64,000 nucleotides of DNA from assembly GCF_039811905.1 (NCBI RefSeq), contig NZ_JBDHZL010000003.1, positions 3,355-67,354 of the forward strand. Reading direction: 5' to 3'. The notes beneath the pieces were generated by a model that saw only the letters and a list, made by a program, of their open reading frames with translations, was not told the origin of the DNA and searched no databases. A program made the translations under genes and the position numbers. Shown here piece after piece: positions 52,322-64,000 of the stretch. Position 1 is the first letter of the stretch. Each line of letters starts with the position of its first letter. The stretch is from Nigerium sp. Its GTDB lineage: Bacteria > Actinomycetota > Actinomycetes > Propionibacteriales > Propionibacteriaceae.

Positions 52322-53761
52322 TCAGCGGGCGAGCTTCGGCGGCTGGTTCTGATCTTCCCGCGTCTGCCAGGCGCGCAGGTGCGTCACCGCGCCCATCGAG
52401 TGGGTGTACTCGCTGTAGACCACGTCGAGCGCCTCGGCGACCGTCGGCGTCTCGATCACCCGGAGCTCACCGGCGGACGCCAGCCGCTCCGACCCCGTCG
52501 GCACGATCGCCGCCCGGAACCCGAGCCGCTGCGCCTCGGCCAGCCGCCGCGCCGTCCCCGGAACGCGGCGCAACTCGCCCGACAGGCCCACCTCGCCGAG
52601 CGCGACGATGCGCTGCTTCGGCGTCCAATCCAGCGTCGCCGACGCCACGGCCACGGCCGTGGCCAGGTCGGCCGCAGGGTCGGCCACCCGGACGCCGCCC
52701 ACCGTCGAGACGAACACGTCGCGGTGGTGCAGCTTCACCCGCGCCCGCCGCTCGAGCACGGCCAGCCCCATCGTCACGCGGCCGAACTCGAGGCCCTGCG
52801 TCACCCGCCGCGGCACCTGCAGGGCGCTCGGCGCGACGAGGGCCTGCACCTCGGCCAGCAGCGGACGCCGCCCCTCCAGCGTCACCGTCACGCACGTGCC
52901 CCCGCTCGGACGGCTCTGCGACGACGTGAACAGCCCCGACGGGTCGGCCACCTCGTGGATGCCCCGCTCGGACATCTCGAAGCACCCCACCTCGTCGGCT
53001 GGCCCGAAGCGGTTCTTCGCCGCCCGGACCATCCGGAACCCCGAGTGCCGCTCGCCCTCGAACGAGAGCACCACGTCGACCAGATGCTCGAGGGTACGGG
53101 GCCCGGCGATCGACCCCTCTTTGGTGACGTGCCCGATGATCAGTACCGCCATGCCGCGCTGCTTCGCCACCCTCACCAGGGCGTTCGTCACCTCCCGCAC
53201 CTGCGACACCCCGCCCGCGGAGCCGTCGGTGTCGCCGGCGGCGACGGTCTGCACCGAGTCGAGCACCAGCAGGCTGGGGGAGAGCTGTTCGATGTGGCCG
53301 AGGATCGTGCCGAGGTCGTTCTCGGCGGCCAGATACAGCTCGCGCGTCACGGCGCCCGTGCGGTCGGCCCGCCGGCGCACCTGGGACGCCGACTCTTCCG
53401 CCGTCACGTACAACGTCGGACGCCCGCCCCGCGCCCATTGGGCCGCCACCTCGAGCAGCAATGTCGACTTGCCGACCCCGGGCTCGCCCGCCAGCAGGAT
53501 GACCGCCCCCGGGACCAGGCCGTCGCCCAGCACCCGGTCGAGTTCGGCGATGCCCGTGGGCACCCCCGCCGCCTCGTCGGCCGGGACCTCGGCGATGCTC
53601 ACCGCGCGTGCGGTGGGGCTCTGCGCCCGGGTCTGGGACGCGGTGCCGCCGACCGGGGCGATGCTGCCCCAGGCCTGGCACTCTTTGCAGCGGCCCACCC
53701 AGCGCGGCGTGGTCCACCCGCACTCGGTGCAGCGGAGTTGGGAAGTCGGGGTCTTGGCCAT
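52322..53761 (-). CDS. radA: DNA repair protein RadA/Sms
   Basis: CTECG...WVGRCKECQAW zinc finger, [14 protein letters not shown], Lon-like C-terminus. Confidence 0.96.
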   Translation of the reverse strand: MAKTPTSQLRCTECGWTTPRWVGRCKECQAWGSIAPVGGTASQTRAQSPTARAVSIAEVPADEAAGVPTGIAELDRVLGDGLVPGAVILLAGEPGVGKSTLLLEVAAQWARGGRPTLYVTAEESASQVRRRADRTGAVTRELYLAAENDLGTILGHIEQLSPSLLVLDSVQTVAAGDTDGSAGGVSQVREVTNALVRVAKQRGMAVLIIGHVTKEGSIAGPRTLEHLVDVVLSFEGERHSGFRMVRAAKNRFGPADEVGCFEMSERGIHEVADPSGLFTSSQSRPSGGTCVTVTLEGRRPLLAEVQALVAPSALQVPRRVTQGLEFGRVTMGLAVLERRARVKLHHRDVFVSTVGGVRVADPAADLATAVAVASATLDWTPKQRIVALGEVGLSGELRRVPGTARRLAEAQRLGFRAAIVPTGSERLASAGELRVIETPTVAEALDVVYSEYTHSMGAVTHLRAWQTREDQNQPPKLAR

Positions 53762-53810
53762 GCACCCCACGCTAGAGGGCGGCCCCGACAGTTTTTCTCG
53801 CGGCGCTCGG

Positions 53811-54458
53811 CTACAGCCGCACGAGCCCGTTGGGCGTCTCGAACGTGACGGCGTCGATGCCGGGCTGGCCGTTCGGGGCGGTGAACTCGAACTCGACCCC
53901 GTCGAAGGTGTCGCCCAGCTCGAAACCGAGCCAGGCGTCGACCCGGTGGCGGCTGCCCGCGATCTCGATCTTGCGCAGTTCCACCGACCCCTGACCGAGG
54001 GCCGACGGCCGGACGTCCGGCTCGCTGATCCACCGGATGAAGTACGGCAGCTGCGGGTCGTTCAGCAGGCCCCTCACGCCGATCTGCTCCCACTCGAGCC
54101 GGCGGCCGTCGGGGAACTGCCGCGAGCCGTGCACGGCCTCGCGGCCCAGCCGCTCCTCGAACGGGCGCAGGTCGTCCACCTCCATGACCCAGGCCATCCA
54201 CCCGCCACCCATCGCGGTGCGGGCGCGCACGGCCTGCCCGAACGGCGCCTTGTCGGCGGCCGGGTGCTCCAGCACCTCGACGACCTCCAGGTATTGGGAA
54301 TGCGTGAGCGGCAAGACGTGATTCCTGGTCCCGAAGCGGGGGTGGAATCCACCGTCCTTAAACTTCGCGCCGAGCTTTTCCTCCAGGCTCGCGACGGCGG
54401 GCAGCAGGCCCTCCGGTCCGGCCGCGAAGGACAGATTCGCGATGTTCATGACCGCCAT
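53811..54458 (-). CDS. VOC/glyoxalase-like family protein
   Basis: GGFHPRFGTRN, YLEVV, GRRLEW, LPYFIRW; start may be 54449. Confidence 0.85.
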   Translation of the reverse strand: MAVMNIANLSFAAGPEGLLPAVASLEEKLGAKFKDGGFHPRFGTRNHVLPLTHSQYLEVVEVLEHPAADKAPFGQAVRARTAMGGGWMAWVMEVDDLRPFEERLGREAVHGSRQFPDGRRLEWEQIGVRGLLNDPQLPYFIRWISEPDVRPSALGQGSVELRKIEIAGSRHRVDAWLGFELGDTFDGVEFEFTAPNGQPGIDAVTFETPNGLVRL

Positions 54459-54522
54459 TCAAGACCATGAACGCGTGAGTCGTGAAATCGGGCCCCTCTG
54501 CGCCGTTTCACGTCCGCTCTAG

Positions 54523-57274
<2,752 letters not shown>

Positions 57275-57278
<4 letters not shown>

Positions 57279-58456
57279 GCCCCGACAACCTGTCTGCGGC
57301 GTCCGGCCGGGCGCCGGACGCGCACGAGCGCACCGCCGGGGGTTCCGGCGGCGAAGAAGGTCGGCGCGACCTCGATCTGCTGCCCAAGGCGCACCTCCAC
57401 CTGCACTTCACCGGGTCGATGAGCGTCGACACGCTGCGCGACGTCGCGGCCATCGCGGGCCTCGACATGCCCGACTCCCTGCTGGACACGATCGCGCTTG
57501 AACTGCCTCCCGACAAGCGGGGATGGTTCCGCTTCCAGCACCTGTACGAGACCGCCCGGCGAGCCGTGCGCACCGAGGAGGCGATGCGGCTCGTCATGCG
57601 CCGCGCCGTCGAGGACGACGCCCGCGAGGGCTCCCGGCGCCTGGAGTTGCAGATCGACCCGTCCGGCTACGCGCCCTACGTCGGCGGGCTCTCCCGCGCC
57701 CTGGACATCGCGATCGACGAGGCGCGGCAGGCGTCCGAGGCGACCGGGGTGAGCGTCGCGCTGATCGTCGCGGCGTCCCGGCGCCGGCACCCGCTGGACG
57801 CCCGCACCCTCGCCCGCCTCGCCGCCCGCTACGTGGGTGACGGCCCGGGGGAGGTCGTCGGGTTCGGGCTCAGCAACGACGAGCGCGCCGGCGACACCGC
57901 CGAGTGGGGTCACGCGTTCCGGCTCGCCGAGCGGGCCGGGCTGGCGAGCGTGCCGCACGGGGGCGAGCTGCTGGGGCCCTCGCACATCCGGCGGGTCATC
58001 GAGCACCTCGACCCGGTGCGGCTGGGGCACGGCGTCCGGGCGTCGGAGGACCCGGCGCTGGTCGCCGAGATCGTCCGGCGCGGCATCGCCCTGGAGCTCT
58101 GCCCGACGTCGAACGTGAACATGGGCGTGTTCGCCGAGCAGGCGAACGTGCCGCTGCGGCCGCTCGTGGACGCCGGCGTCCGCATCGCGCTGTCGGCCGA
58201 CGATCCGCTGCTGTTCCTGTCGCGGCTGACCGACCAGTACCGCGTCGCGCGGGACGTCCACGGCTTCTCGGACGCCGAGCTGGCCGGGCTCGCGAAGGCG
58301 AGCTTCGCGGCGTCCACGGCCGGAGACGACGACAAGCGCCGCTGGGACGCCGAGGTGGACGCCTGGCTCGCCGGCGGCCCGAGCGAACCGCAGGCGCCGC
58401 CTGAGGGCGGCGTCCGGGCTGCCCGCATTTCGACAACGCCGACGGACGCCGGGTAA
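57275..58456 (+). CDS. Adenosine deaminase-family protein; no canonical start codon upstream of the metal-binding motif
   Basis: LPKAHLHLHFTGSM, PHGGE, RLGHG, ELCPTSN, SADDP; start shown is a CTG overlapping the proC stop and is uncertain. Confidence 0.85.
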
Positions 58457-58558
58457 GATCTGGTTCTTGGGCTGCCCAACGCGGTGCCCGACAAGATCTA
58501 CAACAACTATTGGCAATCCCCGATCCGAGCGCCGGGTCGGAGGCAGAGGGGTCGACAC

Positions 58559-58660
58559 GTGGGTTCGGTCATCAAGAAGCGCCGCAAGCGGATGGCGAAG
58601 AAGAAGCACCGCAAGCTGCTGAAGAAGACGCGTATTCAGCGCCGCCGCGCCGGCAAGTAG
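58559..58660 (+). CDS. 30S ribosomal protein bS22 (AURKAIP1/COX24-domain peptide)
   Basis: GTG-start [33 protein letters not shown]; too short for the ORF track. Confidence 0.95.
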   Translation: MGSVIKKRRKRMAKKKHRKLLKKTRIQRRRAGK

Positions 58661-58677
58661 GCCGGGGCGCACCCGTC

Positions 58678-58923
58678 GTGAGCGCTGAGCTACGCGTCGT
58701 CGTGCTCGTGCGCGACGGGTGCCACCTGTGCGAGGAGGCGCTGCGCATCATCGACGCGGTCTGCCGGGACGCGGAGGCGTCCTGGCAGGCCGTTGACGTC
58801 GATGGCGATGCGTCTCTTCGCGCTCGCTACACCGATCACGTCCCGGTGACGTTCGTCGACGGGGAGCAGTTGTCCTTGTGGTTCGTGGACGCGGACGCCC
58901 TGCGCGCCGCGCTCGCCGGGTAG
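58678..58923 (+). CDS. Glutaredoxin-like protein (DUF836)
   Basis: RDGCHLCE, VDVD, DHVPVTFVDG. Confidence 0.88.
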   Translation: MSAELRVVVLVRDGCHLCEEALRIIDAVCRDAEASWQAVDVDGDASLRARYTDHVPVTFVDGEQLSLWFVDADALRAALAG

Positions 58924-59014
58924 CGTCCATGCTCGCCGTGCCCAGTGCGCCGGGGCTGCGGCCGTCACGTACAGTAGGGGCGATCACGCGCCTCGACCGT
59001 CCCCAAGGAGAACC

Positions 59015-59662
59015 ATGCAGCCCACCGTCGTGCATGTCTGCCGACACGGTCAGGTCGAGAACCCCGACCACGTCCTCTACGGGCGATCCCCGGGCTACCA
59101 CCTCTCCGAGCTTGGGTTTCGCATGGCCGACCAGCTGGGTGAGTACTTCGCCGACGTCCCGGTGACGCACCTGCGCTGCTCCCCGCTGGAGCGGGCGCGC
59201 GAGACGATGGCCCCGATCGCGGCGAACTTCCCGGGGCAGGAGATCACGATCGATCCGCGGCTCATCGAGGCCGCGAACGCGCTCGAGGGGCAGAGCTTCG
59301 GCCGCTACAACCAGCGGCTGCTGCTGCCGAAGAACCTGCGGCATCTGTGGAACCCGCTGCGGCCGAGCTGGGGCGAGCCCTACACGACGATCCGCGACCG
59401 CATGCTCGCGGCGATCAGGGACGCGGCGGCGGCCACGCCGGGCGGCCAGGCCGTCGTCGTCAGCCATCAGTTGCCGATCTACATGGCTCGTCTGGCCACC
59501 GAGGGCCGCCGCCTGCAGCACAACCCGGCGACGCGTGAGTGCCGGCTGGCGTCCGTGACGTCGTTCACCTTCCACGGCGACCACATCGTCCGGGTCGACT
59601 ATGCCGAGCCGGCGGCGTCGCTGTACCCGCCGAAGAAGAAGATGTTCCGTCCGGGGATGTGA
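59015..59662 (+). CDS. Histidine phosphatase family protein
   Basis: CRHGQVENP, SPLERARET, VVVSHQLP. Confidence 0.92.
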   Translation: MQPTVVHVCRHGQVENPDHVLYGRSPGYHLSELGFRMADQLGEYFADVPVTHLRCSPLERARETMAPIAANFPGQEITIDPRLIEAANALEGQSFGRYNQRLLLPKNLRHLWNPLRPSWGEPYTTIRDRMLAAIRDAAAATPGGQAVVVSHQLPIYMARLATEGRRLQHNPATRECRLASVTSFTFHGDHIVRVDYAEPAASLYPPKKKMFRPGM

Positions 59663-60219
59663 GCGTGCGTCGCCTCGTCCCGTCACTGCTCGCCGCCTGC
59701 CTGCTGCTGGCCGGCTGCGGGGCGCGTCCGTCCGGTGAGGGCGGGTTCGTGTCGGGCGATGGGGCCCTCACCCGCGTCCCGGTCGCGCAGCGGTCGGACG
59801 CCCCGGCGATCGCCGGGCCGACCCTCGGCGGCGGCTCGTTCGACGCGTCCCGGCACCGGGGGAAGGTGATCGTCTACAACGTGTGGGGCTCGTGGTGCGC
59901 GCCCTGCCGCAAGGAGGCGCCGGCGCTCGTCGCGGCGTCCGAGCGTACGAAGGAGCAGGCGGTCTTCGTCGGCATCAACACCCGCGACCTCGACCAGGCG
60001 CCGGCGGAGGCGTTCGTCCGGGCGTTCGGCGTCCCGTACGCGAACGTGTTCGATCCACAAGGCCAGTTGCTGCTGAAGTTCGGCAGCGAGCTGCCGCCGT
60101 CGGCGATCCCGAGCACGATCGTGGTCGATCCGCAGGGGCGCGTCGCGGCGCGTATTCTCGGCGAGACCACGGAGGCGACGCTCGTCGGCCTCGTGGACGA
60201 CGTGGCGAAGGGGGAGTGA
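59659..60219 (+). CDS. resA: TlpA/ResA thiol-disulfide oxidoreductase lipoprotein
   Basis: Lipobox LLAGC, NVWGSWCAPCR, AIPSTIV. Confidence 0.9.
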   Translation: MSVRRLVPSLLAACLLLAGCGARPSGEGGFVSGDGALTRVPVAQRSDAPAIAGPTLGGGSFDASRHRGKVIVYNVWGSWCAPCRKEAPALVAASERTKEQAVFVGINTRDLDQAPAEAFVRAFGVPYANVFDPQGQLLLKFGSELPPSAIPSTIVVDPQGRVAARILGETTEATLVGLVDDVAKGE

Positions 60220-60989
60220 TGACGCCGCTCGACATCGGGGCCTGGGCCCAGGAGGCCGTCGGCGGCTCGATGCTGCTCGCGATGCCCGTGGCGCTGCTCG
60301 CCGGGCTCGTGTCGTTCTTCAGCCCGTGCGTCCTGCCGCTGCTCCCGGGCTATCTGTCGTACGCGACCGGGCTGGCGGCGTCCCAGATCGTCTCGGGGGA
60401 GACGCGGGCGGCCCGCGGCCGCATCGTGGCCGGCACGAGCCTGTTCGTGGCCGGTTTCGCCGTGGTGTTCGTGAGCTCGGGCGCCCTCTTCGGCGGGCTG
60501 GGCAGCCTGCTGAAGACGTACCAGTCGGTGATCAACGTGGTCGTGGGCGGGCTGTCGATCGTGCTGGGGCTGATCTTCGCCGACGTCCTGAGGTTCGGAC
60601 GCCGCACCGTGCGGCTCAACAGCGCTCCCCGCGTCGGGGTGGCGAGCGCGCCGCTGCTCGGGCTCGTGTTCGGGCTGGGCTGGACGCCGTGCATCGGCCC
60701 CGCGCTGTCGGTGGTGCTGAACCTGGCGCTGAACGAGGCGACGGCCGTCCGCGGGGCGATCCTCGCGCTGGTGTACGCCCTGGGGCTCGGGCTGCCCTTC
60801 CTGGCGTTCGGGCTCGCGTTCACGAAGCTGTCGGGCACGCTCGCCTGGGTGCGGGCGCGCGGGCCGCTGCTGCAGCGCGTCGGCGGGGCGTTGATGATCG
60901 CCGTCGGCATCCTGCTCGTCACGGGGTGGTGGGACGTGCTGATGGCCTACGCCCGCTCGTGGGCGTCCGGCTGGGGTCTGCCGATCTGA
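60219..60989 (+). CDS. ccdA: Cytochrome c biogenesis protein CcdA
   Basis: SFFSPCVLPLLPGY, GWTPCIGP. Confidence 0.94.
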   Translation: MTPLDIGAWAQEAVGGSMLLAMPVALLAGLVSFFSPCVLPLLPGYLSYATGLAASQIVSGETRAARGRIVAGTSLFVAGFAVVFVSSGALFGGLGSLLKTYQSVINVVVGGLSIVLGLIFADVLRFGRRTVRLNSAPRVGVASAPLLGLVFGLGWTPCIGPALSVVLNLALNEATAVRGAILALVYALGLGLPFLAFGLAFTKLSGTLAWVRARGPLLQRVGGALMIAVGILLVTGWWDVLMAYARSWASGWGLPI

Positions 60990-62566
60990 TGGCGCGCCGC
61001 GACGCCGCGCCGCTGTCGGCGGCCGAATTCCTCCGCTTCTGCTGGACGCAGCTCACGAGCATGCGCACCGCGCTCGTCCTGCTGTTCGCGTTCGCGCTGG
61101 CGGCGCTGCCGGGGTCGCTGATCCCGCAGCGTCCGGTGAACCCGGTGCGCGTGACCGACTTCATCCGCGACAACCCGACGCTCGGCCGGTTCTACGACGC
61201 GGTCGGGCTGTTCGACGTCTACGCGTCGTGGTGGTTCGCCGGCATCTACCTGCTGCTGCTCGTCTCGCTGGTCGGGTGCATCGTCCCGCGGATCGGCACG
61301 TACGTCCGCGCCCTGCGCACCCCGCCGCCCCGGACGCCCCGGCGGCTCTCCCGCCTCCCCGAGAGCGTCGCGGGCGCGTCCGCCCTGGCGCCCGGCGAGG
61401 CCCTGGACGCCGCGGAGTCCTGGCTGACCAAGCGGCGGTTCCGCGTCCGCCGGCAGGACGACTCCGTTTCCGCCGAGCGCGGTTACCTGCGCGAGTTCGG
61501 CAACCTGCTCTTTCATGTGAGCCTCGTGTTCGTGCTGGCCGGCATCGCCTGGAGCAGCCTGTTCGGCTACAAGGGCTCGGTGATCGTCGTCGAGGGGCAG
61601 GCGTTCAGCAACAACCTGTCGCAGTACGACGACTTCAGCGCCGGCGGGGCGTTCAATCCGAGCCAGCTCGTGCCCTTCACGATCTGGGTCGACCGGTTCG
61701 ACGCCAAGTTCGAGCTGGGCCGCGTCCAGCGCGGGGCGGCGCGGCAGTTCACGGCCCACGTCCGGACGGCGGAGGGCGCCGGCGCGCCCGTCCCCAGCAC
61801 GATCGAGGTGAACCACCCGCTCACGTTCGGCGGCACGTCGGTCCATCTGATCGGGCACGGCTACGCCCCGGTCGTCACGGTGACGGACGCCTCCGGCCAG
61901 ACCGCGTTCTCCGGCCCGGTCGTCTTCCTGCCGCAGGACGGCAACTTCACCTCCCAGGGCGCCATCAAGGCCCCGGACGCCCGCCCCCAGCGGCTCGGGT
62001 TCGAGTGCTTCTTCCTGCCCACGGCCGTCGTCGACGAGCGCGGCCCGCACTCCGTCTTCCCGGACGCCTTCGCGCCGCAGCTGTTCTGCAACGCCTGGTC
62101 GGGGGCGCCGCGCCAGGAGACGGGGCGTCCGGAGAGCGTGTACTCCCTCGACAAGGCCGGGCTCACGCAGTTGTCGCAGAACGGGCGCGTCGTGAACTTC
62201 CGGCTCGAGCCCGGCCAGGTCGTCGACCTGCCCGGCGGCGCGAAGCTCGAGTTCCGCGACTGGAAGCGCTGGACCAAGCTGCAGGTCTCCTCGACCCCGG
62301 GCCTGCCACTGACGTTCGGGGCGATCGTCGTCGCGGTGACCGGCCTGTGCCTGTCGCTGTTCGTGCGGCCGCGGCGCCTGTTCGTCCGGGTGGGCGAGCG
62401 GACCGAGGTCGGCGGCCTCGATCGCGCGGACGCCCGCGTCGGCCTCGCCGACGACGTGGCCGCCCTCGCGGCCGCGGTGGGCCTGCCCGACGCGCGACCC
62501 GCGCACGAACCCGCGCACGAACCCGCGGGGGACCCGCAGCACGAACCCGAGAAGGAGGACGCGTGA
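60989..62566 (+). CDS. resB: Cytochrome c biogenesis protein ResB/Ccs1
   Basis: LTSMRTALVLL, PGSLIPQ, GNLLFH, IEVNHPL. Confidence 0.93.
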   Translation: MARRDAAPLSAAEFLRFCWTQLTSMRTALVLLFAFALAALPGSLIPQRPVNPVRVTDFIRDNPTLGRFYDAVGLFDVYASWWFAGIYLLLLVSLVGCIVPRIGTYVRALRTPPPRTPRRLSRLPESVAGASALAPGEALDAAESWLTKRRFRVRRQDDSVSAERGYLREFGNLLFHVSLVFVLAGIAWSSLFGYKGSVIVVEGQAFSNNLSQYDDFSAGGAFNPSQLVPFTIWVDRFDAKFELGRVQRGAARQFTAHVRTAEGAGAPVPSTIEVNHPLTFGGTSVHLIGHGYAPVVTVTDASGQTAFSGPVVFLPQDGNFTSQGAIKAPDARPQRLGFECFFLPTAVVDERGPHSVFPDAFAPQLFCNAWSGAPRQETGRPESVYSLDKAGLTQLSQNGRVVNFRLEPGQVVDLPGGAKLEFRDWKRWTKLQVSSTPGLPLTFGAIVVAVTGLCLSLFVRPRRLFVRVGERTEVGGLDRADARVGLADDVAALAAAVGLPDARPAHEPAHEPAGDPQHEPEKEDA

Positions 62567-63474
62567 CCGCGGACGTCATGGGCTACTACTCGTTCCTCGC
62601 GATGGTCACCTCGGCGGTGATCTACCTGGTCGCGTTCGCGGCGTTCAGCGCCGAGTGGGCGAGCGCGCGCAACCTGGACGCCGGGGGCCACGAGCCCGAC
62701 GCGGCGCGGGAGAGCGCCGACCGCCTGCGCGTCGACAAGTACGGGCGCATCGGCCTCGCGCTCACGTGCGTGGGGCTGCTCAGCCACGTCGCCGGGGTGG
62801 TGCTCCGTGGGGTGGCCGGACGCCGGGCCCCCTGGGGCAACATGTACGAGTTCGTGACCGTGTCGCTCGCGTTCGCGGCGGCGGCCATGCTCGTGCTCGC
62901 GATGCGCCGCGGGCAGCGCTGGCTCGGCCTGCCGACGACGCTGCTTCTGACGATCGGGCAGGGCCTGGCCGTGACGGTCTTCTACGTCGACGTCGCCCCG
63001 CTGGTGCCGGCGCTGCACTCGGTGTGGTTCGTCGTCCACATCGTCGCGGCGTGTGCGTCGGGGGCGATGTTCAACCTGGGCGCGATCGCGTCCGTCCTCT
63101 ACCTGATCCGGACGCGCGCGGAGGCGCGCGGCGGCGTCCGGGGTTATCTGGCGCGCGTGCCCGACTCGCGCGCGCTCGATCGCTTCGCTTACCGCGTGCA
63201 CGCGTTCGCGTTCCCGCTGTGGACGTTCACGATCGCCGCCGGCTCGATCTGGGCCGAGTACGCGTGGGGGCGCTACTGGGGGTGGGACCCGAAGGAGACG
63301 TGTTCCCTGGTCACGTGGGTGGTCTACGCGGCCTACCTGCACGCGCGCGCCACCGCCGGGTGGCAGGGGCGTCCGGCCGCGTGGCTGGCGGTCGTCGGCG
63401 TGGTGAGCTTCTGGTTCAACTTCGTCGGCATCAACCTGCTCGTGAGCGGCCTGCATTCCTACGCGGGGATCTGA
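62563..63474 (+). CDS. ccsB: Cytochrome c biogenesis protein CcsB/ResC
   Basis: PWGNMYEF, PALHSVWFVVH, WAEYAWGRYWGWDPKET, GLHSYA. Confidence 0.94.
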   Translation: MTADVMGYYSFLAMVTSAVIYLVAFAAFSAEWASARNLDAGGHEPDAARESADRLRVDKYGRIGLALTCVGLLSHVAGVVLRGVAGRRAPWGNMYEFVTVSLAFAAAAMLVLAMRRGQRWLGLPTTLLLTIGQGLAVTVFYVDVAPLVPALHSVWFVVHIVAACASGAMFNLGAIASVLYLIRTRAEARGGVRGYLARVPDSRALDRFAYRVHAFAFPLWTFTIAAGSIWAEYAWGRYWGWDPKETCSLVTWVVYAAYLHARATAGWQGRPAAWLAVVGVVSFWFNFVGINLLVSGLHSYAGI

Positions 63475-63510
63475 GCGGAGCCGCTATCCCCGCGTGAAAG
63501 AATGCGGTTT

Positions 63511-64000
63511 ATGCAGCATTTTGATCTGTGCATCATCGGCTCCGGTTCGGGTAATTCCCTGATCGACGAGCGCCTCGACGACCAGACGATCGCGCTGGTC
63601 GACGACGGCCGCTGGTTCGGCGGGACCTGCCTGAACGCCGGCTGCATCCCCACGAAGATGCTCGCGCTCCCGGCCGACGTCTGCCGGACGCCCGAGCTGG
63701 GCGCCCGCGTCAACGTCGCCGTCGACCCGCCGCGCGTCGACTGGCCCGGGCTGCGCGACCGGGTCTTCGGCCGCACGGACGGCATCTCGCAGGCGGGCGA
63801 GCGGTGGCGCGAGCAGGCGTCCAACGTGACGCTGTTCCGCGAGACCGCGGAGTTCGTCGGCGAGAAGACGCTGCGTGTCGGCGAGGAGACGATCACGGCC
63901 GACCAGTTCGTGATCGCGGCCGGCTCGCGGCCGCGGGTGCCCGACCTGCCGGGCATGGACGACCCGGCGCTGACGGGCCGGCTGCACACGTCCGACACGA
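63511..64000 (+). CDS. mtr: Mycothione reductase, partial (runs off window)
   Basis: FDLCIIGSGSGNS, GGTCLNAGCIPTKM, IAAGSRP. Confidence 0.88.
   Translation, partial: MQHFDLCIIGSGSGNSLIDERLDDQTIALVDDGRWFGGTCLNAGCIPTKMLALPADVCRTPELGARVNVAVDPPRVDWPGLRDRVFGRTDGISQAGERWREQASNVTLFRETAEFVGEKTLRVGEETITADQFVIAAGSRPRVPDLPGMDDPALTGRLHTSDT

Noticed and set aside
62497-62550. GCACGAACCC repeats at the end of resB
   Set aside because: Short PAHE low-complexity tail, ordinary C-terminal slippage
63286-63310. CcsB KETCS instead of KETW
   Set aside because: Single substitution just outside the intact WGxxWxWD core; weak basis for altered function

Overview
Chromosomal 64 kb window of a high-GC actinobacterium (about 72-74% GC by eye). 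PFOR, Dcu, LDH, mycothione reductase and system II cytochrome c biogenesis together suggest a Propionibacteriaceae-like facultative anaerobe; this is inference. Bases 1-34,400 hold transport, metabolic and accessory genes: peptide ABC transporter, ldh, a two-component system with two SHOCT proteins, GH31, a secreted adhesin-like protein, a PFOR/DHODH-like pair, BCCT, DcuA, DUF2207 and MPG. The rest is conserved core: ppa, dacB-tilS-hpt-ftsH-folEPBK, an orphan nuoD-like gene, lsr2-clpC, vapBC, mutY-disA-radA, asd-proC-ADA, bS22, resA-ccdA-resB-ccsB and mtr. I saw no rRNA, tRNA, CRISPR, integrase or transposase. The strongest unexplained signal is at DNA level. The non-palindromic heptamer GGCGTCC/GGACGCC occurs about once per 200 bp (hand count), on both strands equally and in all six reading frames, and is paired head-to-head in many terminator stems. 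That is how DNA-uptake sequences or HIP-type motifs behave, and I know of none described in this group. Other highlights are a 47-bp dispersed palindromic repeat (3 copies), a lower-GC hairpin-rich 650-bp segment with a small ORF, several operator-like repeats, and proteins that have lost canonical catalytic residues. All counts are by eye and need computational confirmation.
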